From Shewanella eurypsychrophilus (GTDB taxonomy: Bacteria > Pseudomonadota > Gammaproteobacteria > Enterobacterales > Shewanellaceae): 24,000 nucleotides of DNA. The notes under the pieces are model-generated. The model was not told the DNA's origin and ran no database searches. It worked only from the letters and a program-made list of their open reading frames with translations. The stretch spans positions 3,542,102 to 3,566,101 of the forward strand of contig NZ_CP045503.2 in assembly GCF_007004545.3 (NCBI RefSeq). The letters run 5' to 3'. The stretch's first letter is position 1, and each line of letters opens with the position of its first letter. Both the position numbers and the translations under genes were made by a program. This document shows positions 1-8,210 of this stretch, piece by piece.

Positions 1-365
1 TTGACCAGCTAAACGGCCTTTTTTGGCAACAGCCTCTTCAAGCTATTTGTTTAAGTATATTGATGCTTTCATTAGCAGGGATCCCACTCACGATTGGTTT
101 TATGGGGAAGTTTTACCTCATCACTGCAGCCATTTCGGGGCAACTTTGGTGGCCTTTAGGCTTTCTTGTGATAGCAAGCGTCATTGGCCTGTTTTTTTAC
201 CTGAGAATAATCATGAGCATGCTATCTAAACAAGCTGAACCGTCTGGATCAAAGCCATTGCCTTTGAAGGACAAACTGACTTCATGGACCATTATTTCAG
301 TCATTATCGGCTTGGGTGTTTTTCCAACTCTTATCACAGATATCGTTAAGCTGGTTACCCACTGA
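1..365 (+). CDS. nuoN: NADH-quinone oxidoreductase subunit N, C-terminal fragment (5' end lies outside the window)
   Basis: Frame 3 is open from base 3 (DQLNGLFWQQPLQAICLSILMLSLAGIPLTIGFMGKFYLI...) to the TGA at 363-365. The LSLAGIP-x-GF-GKFY motif and hydrophobic tail are typical of the NuoN/ND2 C-terminus. Confidence 0.85.
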   Translation, partial: DQLNGLFWQQPLQAICLSILMLSLAGIPLTIGFMGKFYLITAAISGQLWWPLGFLVIASVIGLFFYLRIIMSMLSKQAEPSGSKPLPLKDKLTSWTIISVIIGLGVFPTLITDIVKLVTH

Positions 366-533
366 ATGTGGTGAATATTCAGCTTAGATATGATTTCAAA
401 TTAAACAGCAAGTTTATACTTCATCACAAGTTCGTATAAATCAATGCAAATCAAAGTTGATTTCTAGCGTTTTTTTCTCATAGCGTGATAAAGTGATTTG
501 CGTTTTACTTATATAACAGAGCCCAACTTTATT

Positions 534-1610
534 ATGCCTTTTTATCAATCCCCACAGGATATCAGTGCTTTCGATGCTAAGTTTGAAGCACAGAAAATTG
601 CTTTCGCTCCCATCAGCTTTCAAGTCGCTCGCTGTTTACTCAAATTTGGAATACTGGAACAGATAGATGCCGCTGGAGATACAGGCTGCTCATTAGAGGA
701 GTTACAACAAAGTACTCAATTGTCTGAATATGCTGTCAGTGTTCTGCTAGATATGGGCCTTAGCATGAGGCTGGTTTGGCACAGCGATGAACGGTTTCAT
801 TTAGATAAAATAGGTAACTTCTTACTCAATGATGATATGGCGAAAGTGAACCTAAACTTTGTCCATGATGTCTGCTATCAAGGGTTATTCGAATTAGAGT
901 CCTCCCTACGTGATGGCAAACCCAATGGGCTTAAAGTATTCGGTGATTGGGAAACTATCTATCCGACCCTGAGTGAATTGCCCGAACAGGTAAAACAAAG
1001 CTGGTTCGAGTTCGACCACTACTACTCAGATCATGCATTTGGCCAATTGCTGCCACTCATGTTCAAAAACAATCCTAAACATATTGTCGATGTTGGCGGA
1101 AATACGGGTAAATGGGCATTAGCTTGCACTGGCTATAATAGTGACGTGAATGTCACCATCATGGACCTACCGGGCCAACTAAAAGTCGCCTTAAAGAATG
1201 CTGCTAATAAAGGCGTTGGCGATCGTGTCAACGGGTTTGAGTGTAACCTTCTAGAAGAATCTCAGGTATTCTGCCCTGAAGGCGATCTTTATTGGATGAG
1301 TCAGTTTTTGGATTGCTTCTCAAAAGCACAAATATTAAGCATTCTAAAACGAACGGCACAGAGTATGAATAAACATAGTGAACTGTGTATTCTAGAGACC
1401 TACTGGGATAGGCAACCATTTGAAGCCGGAGCCTATTGTGTTAACGCGACCTCTATCTATTTTACCGCTATGGCCAATGGTGACAGTAGGATGTATCACT
1501 CCAAAGATATGCTAAAGCTTATCTCGCAAGCTGGTCTCTATGTCGATGAAGATATCGATGAAATTGGGCTCGGACATACATTATTACGCTGTAAACTCAA
1601 ACCCGTTTAA
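534..1610 (+). CDS. Class I SAM-dependent methyltransferase, O-methyltransferase family-2-like, with an N-terminal winged-helix/dimerisation-like region
   Basis: The ORF track starts at TTG 498; the first ATG is at 534 (MPFYQSPQDISAF...). A glycine-rich SAM motif I (HIVDVGGNTGKWA) is followed by an acidic motif (TIMDLPGQ). Overall length and layout resemble bacterial and plant OMTs. The start codon is uncertain (498 versus 534), and neither has a strong SD. Confidence 0.75.
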   Translation: MPFYQSPQDISAFDAKFEAQKIAFAPISFQVARCLLKFGILEQIDAAGDTGCSLEELQQSTQLSEYAVSVLLDMGLSMRLVWHSDERFHLDKIGNFLLNDDMAKVNLNFVHDVCYQGLFELESSLRDGKPNGLKVFGDWETIYPTLSELPEQVKQSWFEFDHYYSDHAFGQLLPLMFKNNPKHIVDVGGNTGKWALACTGYNSDVNVTIMDLPGQLKVALKNAANKGVGDRVNGFECNLLEESQVFCPEGDLYWMSQFLDCFSKAQILSILKRTAQSMNKHSELCILETYWDRQPFEAGAYCVNATSIYFTAMANGDSRMYHSKDMLKLISQAGLYVDEDIDEIGLGHTLLRCKLKPV

Positions 1611-1726
1611 AGAGCTGCAACACCAAAGGTTAAAAACAATTTAATCTATCAGTAAATAGAATCAAATATTTTTAAGCGCCCTATTCCCTTAACATAGTGA
1701 CATCACTTATGAACGAGGGAATAGAG

Positions 1727-2701
1727 ATGAAATCTACCTTACAGCACCTTTCACACCGTGCATCACGCTTACCCAGCCCAATGGCGGGATTAGCATTGGC
1801 CATTGCCAGCTTAGGCTGGGCTTGGGAAAGTATGTTACCGAGTATGAACGGTCTCGGACAAATGCTCACAGCTGGCATTGCAGCAATCATGCTCGGCACA
1901 CTTGTTATCAAGTTTGTGCTACATCCTAATATACTCAAAGATGAATTAACTCATCCTGTCGTAGGCAGTGTTATTCCTACGTTTGCGATGGCGCTCATGG
2001 TTGTGTCTAATGCGATTGGGATCAAATTTGCACTCATAGGGCAAACTTTATGGCTAATTGCTATTGTGATCCATTTGGTTTTTCTAGGTATGTTCGTCTA
2101 TTTCAGAGCAATAGATTTTAAGCTCGAACATATGGTACCGAGCTGGTTCGTTCCACCCATCGGCATCATCGTCGCAGCGGTTAGCTTTCCAACGGATCAA
2201 ATAGGATTACAATGGATTGCCGACGCAACACTTAATTTCGGTATGGTGTGCTATCTCGTGATGTTACCCATCATGCTCTATCGCTTGATTTTTTGTGCAC
2301 CGATACCCGATGCTGCAAAACCAACAATTGCGATTATGGCTGCGCCTGCAAGTTTATCTTTAGCTGGCTACCTAACCATAAACAGTCATCCTTCGGTCGT
2401 TATCGTGGCGCTATTACTCAGTATTGCAATCCTGATGACCAGTGTCATCTACCTAGCCTTCTTTCACTTATTGAGACTTCCCTTCTCACCAGGCTATGCT
2501 GCATTTACTTTCCCAATGGTAATAGGAGCGACTGCGCTCACCAAGACTTACTACTGGCTTACAGAGGTGTACGGGGCAAGTGATTTTACAAGATTGATAG
2601 AGCAAGCAGCGGCTGGTGAACTGTTCATCGCAACATTAGTCGTACTTTTTGTCACTTACCGATACGTAACGCACTACACGCTCAGCACCCAAACAGCATA
2701 A
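1727..2701 (+). CDS. TehA/TDT (tellurite-resistance/dicarboxylate transporter, SLAC1-like) family membrane channel
   Basis: About 10 predicted TM helices. The N-terminus (LSHRASRLPSPMAGLALAIASLGWAWE) is typical of TehA-like proteins. ATG 1727 has the SD GAGGGA at 1715-1720 with a 6 nt spacer; the ORF-track start at 1697 is less likely. Confidence 0.8.
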   Translation: MKSTLQHLSHRASRLPSPMAGLALAIASLGWAWESMLPSMNGLGQMLTAGIAAIMLGTLVIKFVLHPNILKDELTHPVVGSVIPTFAMALMVVSNAIGIKFALIGQTLWLIAIVIHLVFLGMFVYFRAIDFKLEHMVPSWFVPPIGIIVAAVSFPTDQIGLQWIADATLNFGMVCYLVMLPIMLYRLIFCAPIPDAAKPTIAIMAAPASLSLAGYLTINSHPSVVIVALLLSIAILMTSVIYLAFFHLLRLPFSPGYAAFTFPMVIGATALTKTYYWLTEVYGASDFTRLIEQAAAGELFIATLVVLFVTYRYVTHYTLSTQTA

Positions 2702-2775
2702 AGTGCAAGGCTCACAGCTAATTGCATAAACCTGAAACCTGATGTGCCCCCCTAAACCTCAATAATAAGTGACTT

Positions 2776-2796
2776 GGCCACTGGCATTCAGTGGCC
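2776..2796 (+). terminator. Stem-loop after the tehA-like gene (GGCCACTG-GCATT-CAGTGGCC)
   Basis: A perfect 8 bp GC-rich stem with a 5 nt loop lies 75 nt after the stop codon. The downstream T-tract is poor (CTCTTATCCC), so it may be a weak terminator or an RNA-stabilising hairpin. Confidence 0.5.
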
Positions 2797-3296
2797 CTCT
2801 TATCCCTATTGGGTATATCTATCTCGATAACACCCCTATCATTGCACCCACATTTTAATCAACACCCCACAATTGATATTTACAAACAAGTCTCAGTTGT
2901 AAAAAACTGAATAATAATTAAGCATTATAAATATATTACTGTTATTGAAAGGGATGATTTTAGTCACGGTTTTATTAACTTTGTTTCAAACTTAGATATT
3001 ATTACAATTATTATTATTACATTATTGTTGCCATTGTTAATAAAATTAACTAGACAGCCATCTAGTTACGAACAATAAGTATCCAACCAAAAAAAGCAAA
3101 GCCTAATAAACATCTCCACAACAATCGCAAACCATTGATTAACATTGTCACAGCCCACCAATAGTTACAAACAATAGCCACTTAGGTTACCAGAAGGTTA
3201 ACCTCCATTATTTGCCACCATCATTACAAACTATTGCAGATGTTATAACTACGTGCTTATATCCACACCATGGCGATATTACTTAATAAGCACCAG

Positions 3297-3312
3297 CAGT
3301 TGTTAACAACTG
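3297..3312. promoter_or_regulatory. Perfect 16 bp palindrome CAGTTGTTAACAACTG, a candidate operator upstream of the TonB-dependent receptor
   Basis: Read directly from the sequence. It lies 78 bp upstream of ATG 3390 and is followed immediately by a second inverted repeat, ATTGA-TGTT-TCAAT (3314-3327). No known regulator is assigned. Confidence 0.35.
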
Positions 3313-3389
3313 TATTGATGTTTCAATAAGTCGCTAAGAAAATAAAAAATTAATTATTAAAAACATAATAAGTGTCAGGGAGAAACAAA

Positions 3390-6008
3390 ATGCTGCCAAA
3401 CTCAAAAATGGCTAAAGCTGTGCGTTTTGCATTAATCAGTGGTGCTGCTACTGCCGCATTAACTGCACCAGCTGTATTCGCTGCAAGTGAAGATGAATCA
3501 GTAGAAAGAATTCAAGTTACCGGTTCACGTATTAAGCGTACCGATTTAGAAGGCTCTTCACCGGTAACGACGATTACTGCTGCTGATATGGAAAAAACAG
3601 GTGCAATGTCAGTCGCCGATGTTTTACGCCGCAGTAACTTGAACACCTTTGGTTCAAATTCAGAATCATCAGGTAGTTCTTGGCAGAGCCAGGCAAACAT
3701 CTCTCTTCGTGGCGCAGGCGCAGACCGCACTCTGGTTTTACTCAACGGCAAACGCATGCCTGGTTCACCGACTATGGGTGGAACTGCAGTAAACTTAAAC
3801 ACGATTCCAACTGCCGCTATCGAGCGAATCGAAGTCCTTTCTGATGGTGCATCAGCTGTTTATGGCTCAGATGCCGTTGCAGGTGTGGTTAACATTATCC
3901 TTAAAAAGGACTTTGAAGGATTAGAAGTATCGGCGACAGGAACAAATCCTCAGCAAGCTGGTGGCGAAGAGTGGAAAACTCACGTTATCGGCGGAACAAG
4001 CAGTGATAAAGGCAGCTTGACGTTCTCATTCGAACACCAAAGCCGTGAAATCATCTATCAACGTGATCGCTGGTTCACAAGCTCAACTAACGTATTGGCA
4101 GAAGAATATGCCGATACTACGGGTGTATCTGCATACGCTCGTAACTTTCTAGACATGACATCAGGCCAATTTAGCCCAATGGCTGCTTGTGATAACGAAA
4201 AAATGGTTGGTGGAGGTCATGTCTACGACTATGGTGATGGCGACTACATCTGTGGTTATGACTACACTTCAGAAGCTGCAGATCACGCGGCACGTAAGTA
4301 TACTGCAGGTTATGTAGCCGCTGATTACGAGCTATCTGATGAGATCATGTTTGAAGCTCAAGGTCTTTTCTCTCGTAACGAGACTTTTGGTCGTTACGCT
4401 CCTGCAGCGGGCTGGTTTAATGTTGATGCTGGTCAGGTTGATATCCAAAACTATGATACCAATGGCAACAATACTGGTACTAGCAAGAATGCTAATGATG
4501 GTCGTGTTTACTATCGTTTCACCGATGTGGGAACCCGTGATTCATCTACAATTGATTACAGTACAGACCTACAACTCGGCTTAGTCGGCGAACATGATGA
4601 TTTTGGCTGGGATTTCACTTATCACTATAATCTAGCTGAAAATAGCAACTATGGTAAAGGCTATGTACATCGCCCTACTGTTGAAGCTATGGTTAAGAGT
4701 GGTGAATTCAACTTCGGTCCAGAAGGTAACAGTGATGATGTTGTTGCAGCTATAAGTCACGATACACTTAAGCAAGATATCATGGAATTCCAAAGTGTTA
4801 ATGCTGGTATTAACTTTGAAGCTTTCGAACTTCCTGCTGGTGTTATTGGCTGGTATGTGGGTACTGAATTTATGCAGTACAAATATGAAGCTAACGTAGA
4901 TGCCGAAACTGCAGCGGGTGAAGTTATCGGATCATCAGGTAATGGGTCTGGCGGTGATCGTGATGTGTTTGCAATATTCGCTGAAAGCATTATTCCGCTT
5001 ACTGAAGATCTCGAACTAAACTTAGCCTTCCGTTATGATAATTATTCAGATTTTGGTACAGCAACTACGCCTAAAGTAGCGCTAAGATACCAAGTTCTAG
5101 AAGATGTCGTACTACGTGCATCTTGGGGTCAGGGATTCCGAGCTCCAGCGCTATCAGATCTTTATGCTGCAGATTCTTTCAGCGCCGATACAGCGACTGA
5201 CTATTACTACTGTGAACAACAGGGAACTGCTACAGCTGATTGTAAAGCTAAGCAATACGATGTAACTCGTACAGCAAATTCAGAACTACAGCCAGAGACA
5301 TCTGACTTTTATAATGTAGGTGCAATCTGGAACATCACTGACAATTTCAGCTCAAAAGTTGAATACTACAACTTAAGCATCGATGATGTTATTACATTTG
5401 TTTCTTTAGATTCTTTACTTAAAGAAGAGAAGAAAGTCGGCTATGGTAATTTAGCTTTAGGTAGTATCGAGCGAGTGGGTAATAAAGCAGATGGAAAAAT
5501 CTTGTCTGCGACAACTCCACAGGTCAATGGTAACGGTTTCGATACTTCTGGTATCGATTTCAATCTGACTTACTCTGGTTTTGAAACCGCTGCAGGTGAA
5601 TTTGGCTCAACATTTGATCTGACTTACATCATATCTTACGATGATGAGGAATACTTCAATGGACCTGTAAACAACCAAATTGGCCGAAATGGTATGCCTG
5701 AATATCGTTTCACTTGGGTTGTTGATTGGTCACACGGTGATCACTCAGCGTCACTATTGACTCAATATATTGATGGACAATCTGAAAAAACAGATCCAAA
5801 TACCTATGAGCAAATAGGCAACCTTTCATCACAAACTACATTTGATGCAAGCTATAACTACATGGCTTCTTGGGACGGTAAGTTTAGCATTGGTGTTCGT
5901 AACATCACCAATGAAGATCCTGTACTCGATTCAGATCTAGAATATGATTCGTCTTTATATAATCTATATGGACGTACGTACACAGCGTCTTATACACAAA
6001 GATTCTAA
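3390..6008 (+). CDS. TonB-dependent outer-membrane receptor, substrate unknown
   Basis: SD GGGAG at 3378-3382 precedes ATG 3390. Signal peptide MLPNSKMAKAVRFALISGAATAALTAPAVFA-ASE. An N-terminal IQVTGSRIKR TonB-box-like motif and a plug domain (LRGAGADRTLVLLNGKRM, IERIEVLSDGASAVYGSDAVAGVVNII) are present. The long beta-barrel ends in the terminal aromatic ...YTQRF. Confidence 0.9.
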   Translation: MLPNSKMAKAVRFALISGAATAALTAPAVFAASEDESVERIQVTGSRIKRTDLEGSSPVTTITAADMEKTGAMSVADVLRRSNLNTFGSNSESSGSSWQSQANISLRGAGADRTLVLLNGKRMPGSPTMGGTAVNLNTIPTAAIERIEVLSDGASAVYGSDAVAGVVNIILKKDFEGLEVSATGTNPQQAGGEEWKTHVIGGTSSDKGSLTFSFEHQSREIIYQRDRWFTSSTNVLAEEYADTTGVSAYARNFLDMTSGQFSPMAACDNEKMVGGGHVYDYGDGDYICGYDYTSEAADHAARKYTAGYVAADYELSDEIMFEAQGLFSRNETFGRYAPAAGWFNVDAGQVDIQNYDTNGNNTGTSKNANDGRVYYRFTDVGTRDSSTIDYSTDLQLGLVGEHDDFGWDFTYHYNLAENSNYGKGYVHRPTVEAMVKSGEFNFGPEGNSDDVVAAISHDTLKQDIMEFQSVNAGINFEAFELPAGVIGWYVGTEFMQYKYEANVDAETAAGEVIGSSGNGSGGDRDVFAIFAESIIPLTEDLELNLAFRYDNYSDFGTATTPKVALRYQVLEDVVLRASWGQGFRAPALSDLYAADSFSADTATDYYYCEQQGTATADCKAKQYDVTRTANSELQPETSDFYNVGAIWNITDNFSSKVEYYNLSIDDVITFVSLDSLLKEEKKVGYGNLALGSIERVGNKADGKILSATTPQVNGNGFDTSGIDFNLTYSGFETAAGEFGSTFDLTYIISYDDEEYFNGPVNNQIGRNGMPEYRFTWVVDWSHGDHSASLLTQYIDGQSEKTDPNTYEQIGNLSSQTTFDASYNYMASWDGKFSIGVRNITNEDPVLDSDLEYDSSLYNLYGRTYTASYTQRF

Positions 6009-6021
6009 AAAGAAATACTAA

Positions 6022-6051
6022 TAAAAGCCTAGGGCTTTCCTAGGCTTTTTA
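6022..6051. terminator. Bidirectional rho-independent terminator between the convergent TonB-dependent receptor and yfcC genes
   Basis: AAAAGCCTAGG-GCTTT-CCTAGGCTTTTT: an 8 bp core stem (6026-6033 with 6039-6046) flanked by an A-run upstream and a T-run downstream. Confidence 0.8.
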
Positions 6052-6105
6052 CTCTATCCACTATACTTCTGTTCGACTTTCCTATCTATTTACCGATCTA
6101 AATCG

Positions 6106-7656
6106 TTAACTAAATCCTAAATAATGCGCACCGACAACAATCAAGCTAGAGACGACGAATAGCGCCAACATAAATCGCCAGATAAACTTCAGCCAATCTC
6201 CCCAATCGACACGGCACACGCCTAAGGTTGCCATCAAGGATGCTGATGTTGGTACCAAGACATTTGTAAAACCATCACCCAGTTGAAAGGCAAGGACGGC
6301 CACCTGCCTGGTCACACCCACAATATCTGCTAAAGGCGCCATTAAAGGCATAGTTAACGCTGCTTGACCTGAGCCTGAAGTGACAAAGAAATTAAACACA
6401 GATTGGAACAGCAACATAAACCAGGCCGATAGCGCATTAGGCAACTGGCCGATGACGTTTCCAGCACTGTTTAAAATAGAATTAAGTACGCTAGGTTCAG
6501 TTGGGCCACCGCCGCCAAGTAAGATAAGAATACCCGAGGCACAACCCACCAACACAGCAGGTTCTAGCATAGTGGCGGCGCCTTGTTTAAAGCTTGTGGC
6601 GATTTTATTGACAGTCATACCATTAAGTTTAAACAACACACCAATGGTACCAATAACGATCCCCATGGTGAAAAACTGACTGGCTATCTCAGGAATAAAC
6701 CAAGCTTGTGTTACCACGCCCCAGATCACCCAAGCAATCGTAGCTATGATTGCCATTAGGACTAACACATCGCCCAAATTGAAACGGCTATCTAGACTGG
6801 CCTTACTCTGGTTCTCTCTAAAATAGCTATCTGAATGATAGCTATAAGACAGTGATGGGGTGTGTTTAACTTTCTTGGCGTATCGCATGGTAAATGCTAA
6901 GCCCATCAAGGTAAAACCTGCCCACATGATAACCCTCATACCTGAACCAGACAGTACTGGAATGCCAGCGATCCCTTGCGCTATTGCCACGCTAAATGGA
7001 TTCATCCAGGAGCTGGCAAAGCCTATTTGAGTCGCAACATAGGTAACCATCACAGTGGTAATACCGTCATATCCCAGCCTAATCATCAAGGGGCAGATGA
7101 TAATAGCAAAAGCAATCGCTTCCTCACCCATACCAAATACGGCTCCCCCTAGGGAGAACAAGCTGAAAATCACTGGAATAAATAGCATCTCATTGCCACG
7201 AGTCTTATCAATAAGCTTTAGGATGCCGTTATCTATGGTACCAGTTGCCATTACGACCCCGAATGAGCCACCAATGACTAACATAAACATGATGACGCCT
7301 ATCGCACTGCCCCACTTTGACCCTGACACTAATCCTTCGAAAGCAAAGTTAAAAAAGCCTGCGCCACCGTTTCCTTCAAATAACGCGACAGGTTGTAGCT
7401 TAGGAGCGCCTTCCTCATCTAAGCTATATTGAAATGAACTAGGATCGACAACAAGCCGCGACTTCTCCGCTCCATCGACCAGATAATTAACCTCTTGAGT
7501 ATCGAATGAACCGATTGGGACAAAGTAAGTGAGTATTGCTGCAGCTAAGGCAACGAAGAAAATAATGACTAAAGTATCTGGCATCTGCCAGGTAGTGGTG
7601 TATTTTGCCGCTTGTTGTTTACCCATTGAGCTTGCTTGTTCCATATTTACAGCCAT
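6106..7656 (-). CDS. yfcC: YfcC family / DcuC-like C4-dicarboxylate anaerobic carrier superfamily membrane transporter
   Basis: A 516 aa polytopic membrane protein. The N-terminus (MPDTLVIIFFVALAAAILTYFVPIGSFD) and overall pattern match YfcC-type proteins. In E. coli yfcC is the gene immediately after pta, which fits this neighbourhood. Confidence 0.85.
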   Translation of the reverse strand: MAVNMEQASSMGKQQAAKYTTTWQMPDTLVIIFFVALAAAILTYFVPIGSFDTQEVNYLVDGAEKSRLVVDPSSFQYSLDEEGAPKLQPVALFEGNGGAGFFNFAFEGLVSGSKWGSAIGVIMFMLVIGGSFGVVMATGTIDNGILKLIDKTRGNEMLFIPVIFSLFSLGGAVFGMGEEAIAFAIIICPLMIRLGYDGITTVMVTYVATQIGFASSWMNPFSVAIAQGIAGIPVLSGSGMRVIMWAGFTLMGLAFTMRYAKKVKHTPSLSYSYHSDSYFRENQSKASLDSRFNLGDVLVLMAIIATIAWVIWGVVTQAWFIPEIASQFFTMGIVIGTIGVLFKLNGMTVNKIATSFKQGAATMLEPAVLVGCASGILILLGGGGPTEPSVLNSILNSAGNVIGQLPNALSAWFMLLFQSVFNFFVTSGSGQAALTMPLMAPLADIVGVTRQVAVLAFQLGDGFTNVLVPTSASLMATLGVCRVDWGDWLKFIWRFMLALFVVSSLIVVGAHYLGFS

Positions 7657-8103
7657 TTATTCTTATAATATGGCCGCAAATATAAACTAAATTAACACTA
7701 GCCTCAAAGCGATAACACCAAGAAACGATGAAAACCATAAAAAGTTAACACTCATTATTGAGGTGTAAGCATTACCACTTGTACTTTACAGTTCAAATAA
7801 CCAGCAAAACAAGGAAGTTTATCAGTACATTTGATCTCTTCCAATAAACTAAGCCAACGAAAAAACAAATTGTTAACCATTGAATTTAAAAAAGGATTAA
7901 ACCAAACCTCCTCTACAATCACATTCACTTTCATGATAACTAATTAATAGAAATAAAATATAAGGCAATTTACGTGCCTAAAGTATCCCTTTATTAGGCT
8001 TAGCTATACAATTGTTACCTTGATCTCAAATTTAGATAATCCAAGCCAACGATTAATAACAAGGAGTGCTGTTACTTTCAGTCTGTGTTAAAATCTCTAT
8101 GGT

Positions 8104-8122
8104 AAATTGGTCTTACCAATTT
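8104..8122. promoter_or_regulatory. PdhR-type operator AAATTGGT-CTT-ACCAATTT
   Basis: A perfect 8-3-8 inverted repeat. Its core ATTGGTCTTACCAAT fits the ATTGGT-N3-ACCAAT consensus I recall for the GntR/FadR-family pyruvate sensor PdhR. It lies 335 bp upstream of focA. Confidence 0.6.
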
Positions 8123-8152
8123 GAAAAGAGCGGTATTATAGGCTCAGTTATC

Positions 8153-8210
8153 GCGATAAAGCTGCAGTGCATGACGAGTTACCATAATGGTGCAGCCTTA
8201 TCGCTTTTTA
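8153..8210 (+). terminator. Attenuator- or terminator-like structure inside the focA upstream region
   Basis: GCGATAAAGCTGCA (8153-8166) pairs with TGCAGCCTTATCGC (8191-8204) at 13 of 14 positions across a 24 nt loop. TTTTTA follows at 8205-8210. Confidence 0.4.

Noticed and set aside
372-381. 10 bp palindrome TGAATATTCA just after nuoN, and a weak AT-rich hairpin near 448-480, as a nuo operon terminator
   Set aside because: The stems are short and AT-only with an unworkable loop. I could not identify a convincing intrinsic terminator for nuo in 366-533.
2996-3030. ATTATT/AATTAT hexamer run as a Fur box for the TonB-dependent receptor
   Set aside because: The best 19-mer alignment to GATAATGATAATCATTATC is only about 12 of 19. 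The site is about 370 bp from the start codon in generally AT-rich DNA. That is not enough to call iron regulation.
3314-3327. ATTGA-TGTT-TCAAT as an FNR site
   Set aside because: It contains TTGA/TCAA cores but with N4 between them instead of the N6 required by TTGAT-N4-ATCAA. The half-site spacing is wrong for FNR or CRP-family dimers. It is kept only as an unassigned inverted repeat.
3270-3329. 19-codon upstream ORF (MAILLNKHQQLLTTVLMFQ) spanning the 16 bp palindrome
   Set aside because: No Shine-Dalgarno sequence and no recognisable leader-peptide logic. It is most likely fortuitous.
8070-8090. TGTTA repeats as ArcA direct-repeat boxes upstream of focA
   Set aside because: The two TGTTA copies are 16 bp apart rather than the 11 bp (or multiples) phasing expected for ArcA-P. 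The surrounding sequence matches the 15 bp ArcA box poorly.
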